Source of the DNA: a virus
Length of the DNA: 64,000 nucleotides
Reading direction: 5' to 3' (one strand)
IMG/VR virus record: IMGVR_UViG_3300027499_000006
Coordinates: 10,950 to 74,949 of that record
In this document: positions 1 through 9,300 of the stretch, one piece after another
Numbering within the stretch: position 1 is the first letter of the stretch
Layout: every line of letters starts with the position of its first letter
Made by a program: the position numbers and the translations under genes
The notes under the pieces: model-generated
What the model was told of the DNA's origin: nothing
The model's database searches: none
What the model saw: only the letters and a program-made list of their open reading frames with translations

Positions 1-3000
1 TACGAAACGGGTCCTGTTGCTCAACAGCGTGCTTTAGAGGGGTTCGATGAGTCCAAGTGGGTTCAAATTCGCGAACAAAGACGTGAGCGTGCTCGAGCTC
101 GACGGATGGAGACTCAGCAACAGAATGACGCCCTCAAGCAAGAGGACGGTCTACTTGTTGGTGAAGTTCCGAAGAATGACAATGACAAGCCAAAAAATCA
201 GGCTCTCATTCTTTCCCCCATTGGACAGGTTGTTGAGGTTACCAGCTCTAATGGACGCAAAATGCGTTTCATTAAAATTGGACGTGACACTTGGAAGCGT
301 GCGGACAAGCCTGACGACCACACACGGTACCGCTCCCATCAGATTCGTCGGGACAAAATGGAGTACGTCAAGACTACAGAGTCAGATGTCCCGTCCCTTG
401 ACTTACCTCCACGCTATTACAACTCTTTCCGTCCTGTTCCGTACTCTATCCCGAGGGGCTCCTCCGACGAAGAGCTTAAGCGCCTGCGTTCTATGTACGA
501 ACGACAAGCAGACACCACAGACAACTCAATTAGTGTCCAACGAGCAGAAGCCACCGTAAAATTTATCGACCGCCTTAGCGCAAGACGCGAGGGACGTACC
601 GCTACACCACGCCAAAACACCACCGACCGCGCTAATGCGTCTGGTTCTAGGGGGCGCAGACAGAATGCCCCACTTCTGGAGAATAATGACCCAGAGTCTG
701 GCTCCACAGAAGCACACGTCCCCACCAAGCCTACCCCCGATGAGAATGGTGTAACCGACAACCCAGAGCTTCTCGCAGATATATATGACCGATACACCCT
801 TACCACTGTGTACCTCCAAGCTCTTACTGCGGGTAGGGACTCTACAATGATGACATTTAGGACGGAGGCAGAAAAAGGAGTTCCCTACACTGGAACCCAA
901 GCTAGTGTTCCGATTACTGCCATCCGAGATGCTCTACAGCTTCAAGGTGTTGACACCAACAGATTAGTTGAAAATGCAAGAATCATTAGAGAAAATCGCG
1001 CTTCTGTCCGCGACCGTAATTCCGTCACCCCATCAGATATTCAGGAGTTCACTGATAGTCAGAAGCTAATGGAAAACCTGTGGGGCTCATTGAGACAGCT
1101 TGAAGAAAACCTTAGGGTGGCCTATATCACTGAGCGGGTTGATTCGCCAAGAATTACATCTCTCTCGCAGCGTGTAGAAGCACTACGCGCAAGAATTGCT
1201 CGCCTTGAGGAGAGGGGGTTCCGCCTAACGGTGCCACCCGAGGCTACATTAGTGGAGGGGTTTAGCTGGGACGACAACACCGAGCCAGATATCTACCGTC
1301 CAGAGCTTATTATGGACGCCCTCAAAGCCCGCTATCCAGATGCAAAACTCAACGATGATGGTGAGCTTATTGTTGGGGAGGCTGAGCACACTGTTGGAGG
1401 TAATAGATTTAGGTATGAGGCAGTCATTACTCGGACAGATGACGAGATGTTCTACGTTTATATTCGAGAGACTAACCTATCGGACGAAAACCCAGCAACT
1501 AGGTCTCGCTCTTTTAGATTTGATGTAATGCGTCATTCAGCTAGAGCTATCAACAACCAAGCAGCAAAAGCCCGAGAAAAAATTTTTAACACAGCCTCAG
1601 GCTCTAATATTCATTCTTGGTTTAACGACCCTCGGAGGCGCCGCGAAGGACGCGAGCCCAAGTTTGATGTCCCAGATGAGCAAGGTATGCCCCACCACGT
1701 TCGTGACCAAGTTCTTACCCGAGAAGCTCTTCGGAAGATTGAAGAGGCCACGAGTGAAGAGGGCATCACCGAAGAGATGATTGGTGTTCTCTATAACTAC
1801 ATTCGTAGTTTTGGAAACGACACTGGAGTTATGCAGGCCTTGTACTCCACATTTAACTTGGATGTGCCCACCCTTAACCGCTTCGTGGACGCAGTCAATC
1901 AGCACATTTACGAGCGTGATGGTCTTAACAGCTTCTCCCTTTGGGAATCTGACAATGGCACACCTCTTGCAGAGGGTGACCTTGTCACGTACACGGGAAA
2001 TGAACGGCAACGAGGATACGAAAATCTGAGCGGGAAGCGATTTATAGTCAGAATTCGCGGACTTGAGCACCGCTCTGATGGGTACTCCTACACAGACTAT
2101 CTTCAAGTTCAAGCTGTTGATGAGAACAACAATCCTCTGCCGGGTACTGATGGTAATTTCCGTTGGGTCTCTTCGCACAACCTCAGGTTGGATAGGACAT
2201 CAGGGAACACTGATGGCTCAGAACGCACAGGGGTGGGTGCGATATCTATGCCACTTCCCGTTCTCACTACTCGCGCTGGTAACCGCTATGCTGGGCAGGG
2301 GCGTCTCAACGAAGTCGCTCCATATGTTTCAGAGTATGACCGAGACACTCTAGCTAGCCCCACCGTTGACATTGACGGCATTCAATACCCCGTCCAAGCT
2401 TCTCGCCAGAGCTTGCTTGGTCCCGACCTTGCAAATGTCATTGCACGTCCTCGCCAAGTACAACAGGGTGACTTCCTCATGCACTTTGACCCCGAGACTG
2501 GCTCTCGCCGTCTGGTTGAAGTTGTTAACACTGAAACACTAGAAAACGGAAATATTCGTCTTACGACCGTTGAGCCTGTTAACCGCACATCTGCCAAGGT
2601 TTCCCAGACAGAGTTTGGTCCAGACGAGTTGTCGCTCGACATCTATCGTTACGACCCCAACTTCACTCCTGACGAGGAAACCCTTACCACCGCCCACGTT
2701 GGAAGAATCGCTGACGCGGTTCGCGGTGTCAACCTAGATGAGCTCTCTCGCGAGGCGAGAAGTACCATTGCTCGACTTCTTAGTTATGACCTAGATAGCG
2801 AAGACCTCACCATCAACGAGTACCGCGAGGCACTCGCAGAACTTCTCAATAGCAGGACTGATGAGGGTCTTATAGGTCAAGTATCTGTTGCTGACGCTCG
2901 AAGGGCACTAGATGTTGCCATGAACCGAGGACTTCCAACCCAAGACGCCCGCAATAACATACAAGCTGTCTCGAACGCTGGCACTCAACGTGGGGCACAA

Positions 3001-5190
3001 ATTGGCGCGAACACAGGGCAGACTACCACTCCCACTGGTCCGGTCCCCGTATCTAGTGCTAGTAGACCTCGGAATACTGTTGCGGGCTACGAGAACGGCC
3101 CCTATGGACCAGAAGACGGAACTCTAGATGGTATGGATAGAGATGCGTTTGAAGCGCTTTTACGTATGCCCGATGGGGTAGCAAAAACAAAGGCTTTCAA
3201 TAAACTAGTTAAAACAGTCCTTTTCGCTAAAATCTACGGAACTCAGTTTGCACTTGAATTTGTGCCAAGGAGCCAGTGGCGCAATGGCTTGTCTCTAAAC
3301 AGGGGAGAGCTGGGTTGGCAGGCCAATATAGTAGACCCAGCGACTGGGCAGAAAGTTGGTTTTGTACATAGAACATACAGATTTGCAGCTAATCCCATAG
3401 ACCCATCTGGTGACGACGTAATTGATGTCCACCACGACTATGTTTGGTTCACTGATAGTTCTGCTACTGGGACTGGGTTTGCCACTGATTTCTACTACGT
3501 TTCAGACAACTTCTACGAGTCTACTGGCGTGGATATAAACACCATAGGAACTGCCAGAGATGGCTCTTATACTTGGGGACTCGCCAACTTCACTTGGAAT
3601 TCCACAGTCAATATCCACAACATTATGCGTAAGCTCTACGACAAAGCCGATGAATACGAGCCTAGCGACCCAGTCACGGCCACTAAGTTGAGAGACTTGG
3701 CCGTCCGTCTCGGTGCCCCTGCGGGAACTGAGAGCCTCACTGGACCAGCTCGGGGGCGAGCTCTTATCGATGCTCAATACAATCTAGACTTGCGGTACGT
3801 TCAGACTTCCCCCGACTACCCAGACCCCGTCGACATTTCAAGTCTTCTAGACCCCAATGACGCTCAGAAGAGAGCCGAGCACGAGCGGGCGCAGGCGCTA
3901 CTACCAGAGGGCCAGAGAACAAGATATAAAACTCTAGGTAGAGAAATTATGGAGGGGACAGGTTGGTCTGGTATTCGGTACCTTAATCCAGCGCTAGACC
4001 CGAGGCCAGACAATAGGAAAAACAAAAAGTCCGCTCAGCAAATCGCGATAGAAGAGTCTGCTAAGAAGAAAGACGAGGCCGAAAAGACTGTAGCAGTTGA
4101 GAAGCTCAAAAAAGAAACTGAAGATGCTGAAGAGGCTCAAAAGAGCAAGTCTGGTCGGCCTCAAGGGAGGACAATCACCAGTCTTAGCGACGTAACTAAC
4201 GCCGCACCTGGTGACGTCATTAATGTTACTGAACCGGGATATGAGGCAGTATACGTAAGGCAGGAAGATGGCACGTGGGACGCGATTTTCTACGGAAGTG
4301 ATTCTAACCCCTTTAGAAGTGCCTACGACGATGACGATTTAGACATTGTTGACGGGTTCAGTGGTGACATTATGTCAGCACAGATTTTTACTACTCCTGA
4401 AGCGCAAGAGTATTTCTCCCAGTATGCGGCGGGAACTCTAAAAGTAGATAACCCCACAAGGGAGACTGTAGAGAAAGCTCTAAGAGATGGTGACCTTTTC
4501 ACGATGGAAGCCATCTACAGAGGAAATTTAACAAACAACGGTAAGTTTGGAAGAGACAATTTTACTCTTAGAGTAAACTCCTCTCGAATCGAAAGCCAAG
4601 GCACAGACGACGACGTTTACGAGGTCGGAGGGGATATCCTCAATGAGAATGGTCAAAGGATAGGACCTTTTAGGCGAAAAATACGCATGAGGCCTGACGG
4701 TAAACTCGAGATATACCACGGCATACTAAAAATTGAGGATGACAGGTACAAGAGAAGTGGTTTTGGTAAGGACTTTACAAAACAGAGTGAAGCCTTGTAT
4801 AAGCAAATGGGCGTCGATTTAATTAGATTACACTCAGCGTGGGATGGAAGTTACTTCTGGGCTATGCAAGACTACGAGTGGGACTTGGAACATGATAATG
4901 GTAGCAAATACTCTATTTTGAGTGGGGTCCCTGGTGCGCTCCAAGAAGAACTAGACCGTGCAAGAACTAGTGACCCACCGAGACCTAAAGATGTCGCGAA
5001 GCTTGAAGCCTTGATAGATAGGATGGCTGGCTTGGATATCGACGACCCTAACTTCCCTTCTCCCCGAGAAATTGCTATGCTGAAGAGTCAGGACCCATCT
5101 CTCAATGACGACGGAAATGGTGGAGACGGTGCCTGGATGCAAAAAATTCTGAAGAACACTGGGTGGCATGGAAGAAAAGAGCTTAGCTAA
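1..5190 (+). CDS. Giant virion-associated / polyvalent protein (5'-truncated, >1729 aa) with two C-terminal GNAT-like modules
   Basis: Frame is open from base 1 (YETGPVAQQR...) into the ATG at 106, so the gene starts upstream of the window. Duplicated module (HxxxxxxxxxxxxGxGF...DGSYxW...TGWxG) at ~3270-3990 and ~4560-5187. Sits directly before the head protease gene. Confidence 0.7.
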   Translation, partial: YETGPVAQQRALEGFDESKWVQIREQRRERARARRMETQQQNDALKQEDGLLVGEVPKNDNDKPKNQALILSPIGQVVEVTSSNGRKMRFIKIGRDTWKRADKPDDHTRYRSHQIRRDKMEYVKTTESDVPSLDLPPRYYNSFRPVPYSIPRGSSDEELKRLRSMYERQADTTDNSISVQRAEATVKFIDRLSARREGRTATPRQNTTDRANASGSRGRRQNAPLLENNDPESGSTEAHVPTKPTPDENGVTDNPELLADIYDRYTLTTVYLQALTAGRDSTMMTFRTEAEKGVPYTGTQASVPITAIRDALQLQGVDTNRLVENARIIRENRASVRDRNSVTPSDIQEFTDSQKLMENLWGSLRQLEENLRVAYITERVDSPRITSLSQRVEALRARIARLEERGFRLTVPPEATLVEGFSWDDNTEPDIYRPELIMDALKARYPDAKLNDDGELIVGEAEHTVGGNRFRYEAVITRTDDEMFYVYIRETNLSDENPATRSRSFRFDVMRHSARAINNQAAKAREKIFNTASGSNIHSWFNDPRRRREGREPKFDVPDEQGMPHHVRDQVLTREALRKIEEATSEEGITEEMIGVLYNYIRSFGNDTGVMQALYSTFNLDVPTLNRFVDAVNQHIYERDGLNSFSLWESDNGTPLAEGDLVTYTGNERQRGYENLSGKRFIVRIRGLEHRSDGYSYTDYLQVQAVDENNNPLPGTDGNFRWVSSHNLRLDRTSGNTDGSERTGVGAISMPLPVLTTRAGNRYAGQGRLNEVAPYVSEYDRDTLASPTVDIDGIQYPVQASRQSLLGPDLANVIARPRQVQQGDFLMHFDPETGSRRLVEVVNTETLENGNIRLTTVEPVNRTSAKVSQTEFGPDELSLDIYRYDPNFTPDEETLTTAHVGRIADAVRGVNLDELSREARSTIARLLSYDLDSEDLTINEYREALAELLNSRTDEGLIGQVSVADARRALDVAMNRGLPTQDARNNIQAVSNAGTQRGAQIGANTGQTTTPTGPVPVSSASRPRNTVAGYENGPYGPEDGTLDGMDRDAFEALLRMPDGVAKTKAFNKLVKTVLFAKIYGTQFALEFVPRSQWRNGLSLNRGELGWQANIVDPATGQKVGFVHRTYRFAANPIDPSGDDVIDVHHDYVWFTDSSATGTGFATDFYYVSDNFYESTGVDINTIGTARDGSYTWGLANFTWNSTVNIHNIMRKLYDKADEYEPSDPVTATKLRDLAVRLGAPAGTESLTGPARGRALIDAQYNLDLRYVQTSPDYPDPVDISSLLDPNDAQKRAEHERAQALLPEGQRTRYKTLGREIMEGTGWSGIRYLNPALDPRPDNRKNKKSAQQIAIEESAKKKDEAEKTVAVEKLKKETEDAEEAQKSKSGRPQGRTITSLSDVTNAAPGDVINVTEPGYEAVYVRQEDGTWDAIFYGSDSNPFRSAYDDDDLDIVDGFSGDIMSAQIFTTPEAQEYFSQYAAGTLKVDNPTRETVEKALRDGDLFTMEAIYRGNLTNNGKFGRDNFTLRVNSSRIESQGTDDDVYEVGGDILNENGQRIGPFRRKIRMRPDGKLEIYHGILKIEDDRYKRSGFGKDFTKQSEALYKQMGVDLIRLHSAWDGSYFWAMQDYEWDLEHDNGSKYSILSGVPGALQEELDRARTSDPPRPKDVAKLEALIDRMAGLDIDDPNFPSPREIAMLKSQDPSLNDDGNGGDGAWMQKILKNTGWHGRKELS

Positions 5191-5751
5191 ATGAAAAAAA
5201 CAATAATGCAGTCAACGGTTAAGTTTAATGGCATTTACGGGGTTGAAGTCGGAGACTACGCCATTATTACCGAATACGGCTTTGTGGTTCAAAAACCAAT
5301 TCCTGAGACATCGTACCTAGAGCTAGACCAGACAGATGGAAAAGTTGAAGTTAATGAGGAGCTTCTAGCTGAGGCTGACAGAATAAATAATCTGGGGGTT
5401 CTTATAGATGCGGGGGGAAACGACGAAGACAGCAACCCAACTTGGCTTCTCGATGAGTTGGAGGGTCCCGCAGGGGCAGATGTCCCCCCCTCAAATGTTA
5501 AAGTTATTAATGCAAATATGAGTTTAGATGGGAAACTCGGATGGGAGTATTTCCCCGGATACTATCTTCTCGAAGGCGGATTAAGCTACTCCCCGTACTC
5601 TAGGCCGCCAATTCAAGAGGATAAAATTGAGCCTGCAGAAGGGGAATTCACCGTAGATTATGAGCGCTACGTTGATGCGACCCGTGACGCTGAGAAGCTT
5701 GGGTTTATAGCTGAGGCAGAGAGACTTGGGATTGAGGGTTACATTGATTGA
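5191..5751 (+). CDS. Hypothetical acidic protein, head region
   Basis: 186-aa ORF abutting the previous stop (TAA-ATG); no recognisable motif. Confidence 0.65.
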   Translation: MKKTIMQSTVKFNGIYGVEVGDYAIITEYGFVVQKPIPETSYLELDQTDGKVEVNEELLAEADRINNLGVLIDAGGNDEDSNPTWLLDELEGPAGADVPPSNVKVINANMSLDGKLGWEYFPGYYLLEGGLSYSPYSRPPIQEDKIEPAEGEFTVDYERYVDATRDAEKLGFIAEAERLGIEGYID

Positions 5752-6355
5752 GGACGCCAAGAAGATACTTTATGCAGGCATAGGAGTTCTTGAAAGAGTA
5801 GATGAGCCTACAGAGCCTCTTGCCATTACTTACGCTGTTGAGAAAGAAAATGGCGATATTGAAGTTGAATACGTTGATGGTTCTCGGGAGTCATTTACCC
5901 CAAAACAAGGTAGTATAGTATCGTATACTTACGGAGTTGTACTTTTCACCGCAGAAGATGGTGAGGAGTATGTACTTCGACAAGTTTCAGACCTAGACGG
6001 TGAGTGGATTTCAGAAATAAAAATTTCACTTCCTGTTATCGCGTTGCAATATTTGCTATTAAAACCTGAGGAGACAGTAGAGATGGCGTACCTCGCTGAT
6101 GAGTTAGAAAAACTTATTGCTCTTAAATCCCCAGACAATGACAGCATTATCTCAATGATGTACCTCAACAGGTACGGAGCATTTGTTCGAGTCAACGAAA
6201 ACTGGGTTTCTATTGCTCCCATTGATTCCAGTCTTGATGGGACAGTTCCTTACAACGTTAATGCTGACACCGCTCAAGAGTTTGTTGACATGTATGACAA
6301 TGACAGTGGGCTAAAATACTCACAAGTAAAAGATTATCTCACACCACCTAGTTAG
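5726..6355 (+). CDS. Hypothetical protein, head region (start may be TTG 5744)
   Basis: ~200-aa ORF overlapping the previous stop; fills the operon. Confidence 0.65.
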   Translation: MGLRVTLIEDAKKILYAGIGVLERVDEPTEPLAITYAVEKENGDIEVEYVDGSRESFTPKQGSIVSYTYGVVLFTAEDGEEYVLRQVSDLDGEWISEIKISLPVIALQYLLLKPEETVEMAYLADELEKLIALKSPDNDSIISMMYLNRYGAFVRVNENWVSIAPIDSSLDGTVPYNVNADTAQEFVDMYDNDSGLKYSQVKDYLTPPS

Positions 6356-6365
6356 GTAGTCACCC

Positions 6366-9300
6366 GTGACAGAATTTATCGGCTCTTCTGGGCCACTAAT
6401 GCTATACACGCAGGGCGCGTGGGGTGTTGTTGTTGACTCAGAAGTTGGTTTGGTTGTTGCCTCTGGCGCTTCTGGCCTTCTCACGACTTCTCGGAGATGG
6501 ACAACCCAAGATGTTAAGCCAACTGGGGAAACTGATGAGATTGCCGAGGCTAGCCTATCTGGGCTTGTTGCCTCTGGTAAAGGCTCGAGTAGTAAGTACA
6601 CTATCCCCAAGTCAGTACAGGCCGAGGCGAAGAAAGCTCTTGAGTGGCGCAAGAAGGAGGGTAGGGGAGGAACCGATGTTGGTCTCAATACTGCTCGGAC
6701 TCTTGCTAAAGGTGGTCAAATTGGAATTGAAAAGATTCGCCACATCGCCAAGTACTTTCCTCGTCACGAGGTAGATAAAAGAGGTCGTGGTTACCGCCCT
6801 GGCGATGATGGGTTCCCTAGTAATGGTCGTATTGCGTGGGCTTTGTGGGGTGGTGACACTGGCTGGCGTTGGGCTAGGACTATCGTCGAACGCGAAGAGA
6901 AGAAGGCTCTAAACGCCTCAGGATACGACCTGAAGAATTTCCCCACCACAGCTGTCGATGCTGATGAATTCACATACGACGACTCTCCAGACTACATGTC
7001 AGAGTTCCTCGCACGGATGCGCCTCGACGGTTCGGGTATGGACCGTCTATACCGAGTTGACTCGGAGAACAACTGTTTTGTGTGGGATGACGGCCAATGG
7101 GACGACCTCGGTATTTCTGGTGGAAACGTCTGGGACTACGACGAAGAACTCGACCAAGGCGTCCAAGATTCCGTAGAAAAGACTCACTTTGTCATTGACC
7201 CAGAGTCCGCAATTATTGTCGCTGCTCGCCTATATGTGAACCCCAGCACTCCCGTTACCGTTGAGGACATCGACGAATACGAAGCCAAGCTAGCCGTCGC
7301 AGCCATCGAGGACGAAGACTGGGACTTCATTGACCGTACTCTACTTTCCGATGGCTCTTTCCAGTCTCAGGAAGAGGAAGACGGAGACTACACCCCCGAA
7401 GAGCGTGCAGAAAATGCTTCCAAGCAAGTTCGTAATAAAGAGGGAAAATTTGCAAAAACGGGTTCTCGGGTTGTGGTGGGTAATGACCCCGCAAGGGGTT
7501 CTGGGGTTATCAAAAGAATTGAACCAGAGACTCAGAGTGTTGTTGTTGAGCTCGATGGTGGTAGAGAGATTACGGTCCCCGCAAAAACAGTGGAAGACGC
7601 CAAAAACTACCCTGCTCAGACACAAGAGGTTGCTCCCGCAGAGAAGAAAACTGTAGACACTTCTGGAATTCTCGGTGAAAGACGTTCCGCAGTAAAGAAG
7701 TCCAAGGCCAAACTATCTAAAGACATCCCTACAATTGAGCCTAAAGAACTCAGAAACATTATCTCCAACTATCCTGCTTGGGTTAAGGAGCAGAGAGATA
7801 ACAAGATTGTAGATGAAAAGAGTCCTGCTACTAGGCCTAGCCCCTATGAGCACCCCCTTCTTCAGAACTGGCTAAGGAAGAGAAGTGGCTCAGATAAATA
7901 TCCAATGAGCTCTTGGTCTAATCCAATTACAGCTGCTGCGGACGAGAAGCTTGTTAGTCCAGACACTAGTGATGTTCAACCTGTTTATATGGCCGTTGTG
8001 GATGCAGACGACCCGAGGGCAGTGTTGGATTTGATTAGTCTTGTACCAGCAAGCACCGTGTCCAATTCTCCGATGGTCTACACCCGTGAGCAGGGTAAGT
8101 GGGTTCGTGACCCTAAAACTCTTACTGACCTCAATTCTCCTACTCCTCCCCCCGTTGTGCCACTTGACTCGGAGGAAACTCTTAATGATGTTCTGAAGCA
8201 GGTTGACTTTGCCCAAGGCGTGACAGCCTCTATCGCACTCACTGTTTTGTATGGAAACGAGCCGATTGTTTCTTCCATCAAGGAAAACATCTCGAAAGCT
8301 CTCCGCAAGTACTGGATTGCTGGTGCTGGGGCCAAGAAGATTCAGTGGGGTGTTGGTGGCGACTGGTACCGATGTGTCCGTCAGCTTGCCCCTTTCATGG
8401 GGGTCAGAGCAAAGAGCTATTGCCAGATGCTCCACAAGACCGCTTTGGGCTACTACACCTCGACACATGCTCGCATGGAGAGGGCCAAGCTTGGGCAATT
8501 CGAGTTGGAAGAAGAAGAGCTTGCCGTTGAATTTACCGAAGTTACTCAATCCGACATGCACACCCCCCTCGAAAAGATTCTTTCTCAGAAGGGGGAGGAC
8601 GAAGACTTTGACATTGATGAGGACATCAAGATTCTTCTGTCCGATGTTGAGGCTTTAGATTACGAGGATTACGCCCTAATCGCAGCTGGGGGTGCTGACC
8701 GCAACCGTGGTGGAGCTGAGAACCTTCGTCGCTACTGGACTATCGGTAAGGGTGGTCTCAAGATTCGTTGGGGTACACCTGGTGACTGGACTCGATGCGC
8801 TCGTCAACTCCGCAAATACATGGGCGCCCGTGCACAGGGCTATTGTGCCCTCCGTCACAAAGAAATGAACGGGTTCTGGCCTGGGGATAAGAAAAACAGG
8901 CGGAAGTTTTCTTTTGATGACACTTATATTCTTAAAGATGAAGAGCAACTAATCTCAGACTCTTTCTTCTCTGCACTATCTGACATGAGTCTCGAAGAGA
9001 TTATTTTGGCTTCTGTTCACCATGAGACTGGAGACTTGGGCTACTCCCCTGAGGGAGAAGAAGAAGTGTTCATTACCGAGGATGGAGAGACATGTCCTCC
9101 ATCTACTCAAGATATTCAACTTAATCTCGCCAATCGACAAAATGCAATTGACAATGTTGGTTACGGCCCACTAAACCCAGCTCAAGCAAATGACGTCTTC
9201 TGGCAAGACAAAGCTGAACGGTGGAACACCACTGTTAGAGAAGCAAAATCAGCACGGTGTGGGAATTGCGTCTTCTTCATTCGTACCCCAGACATGCTCA

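Noticed and set aside
47-900. Short overlapping ORFs at the window start (47-559, 417-806, 526-900)
   Set aside because: All lie within the long open frame of the giant protein and have atypical composition.
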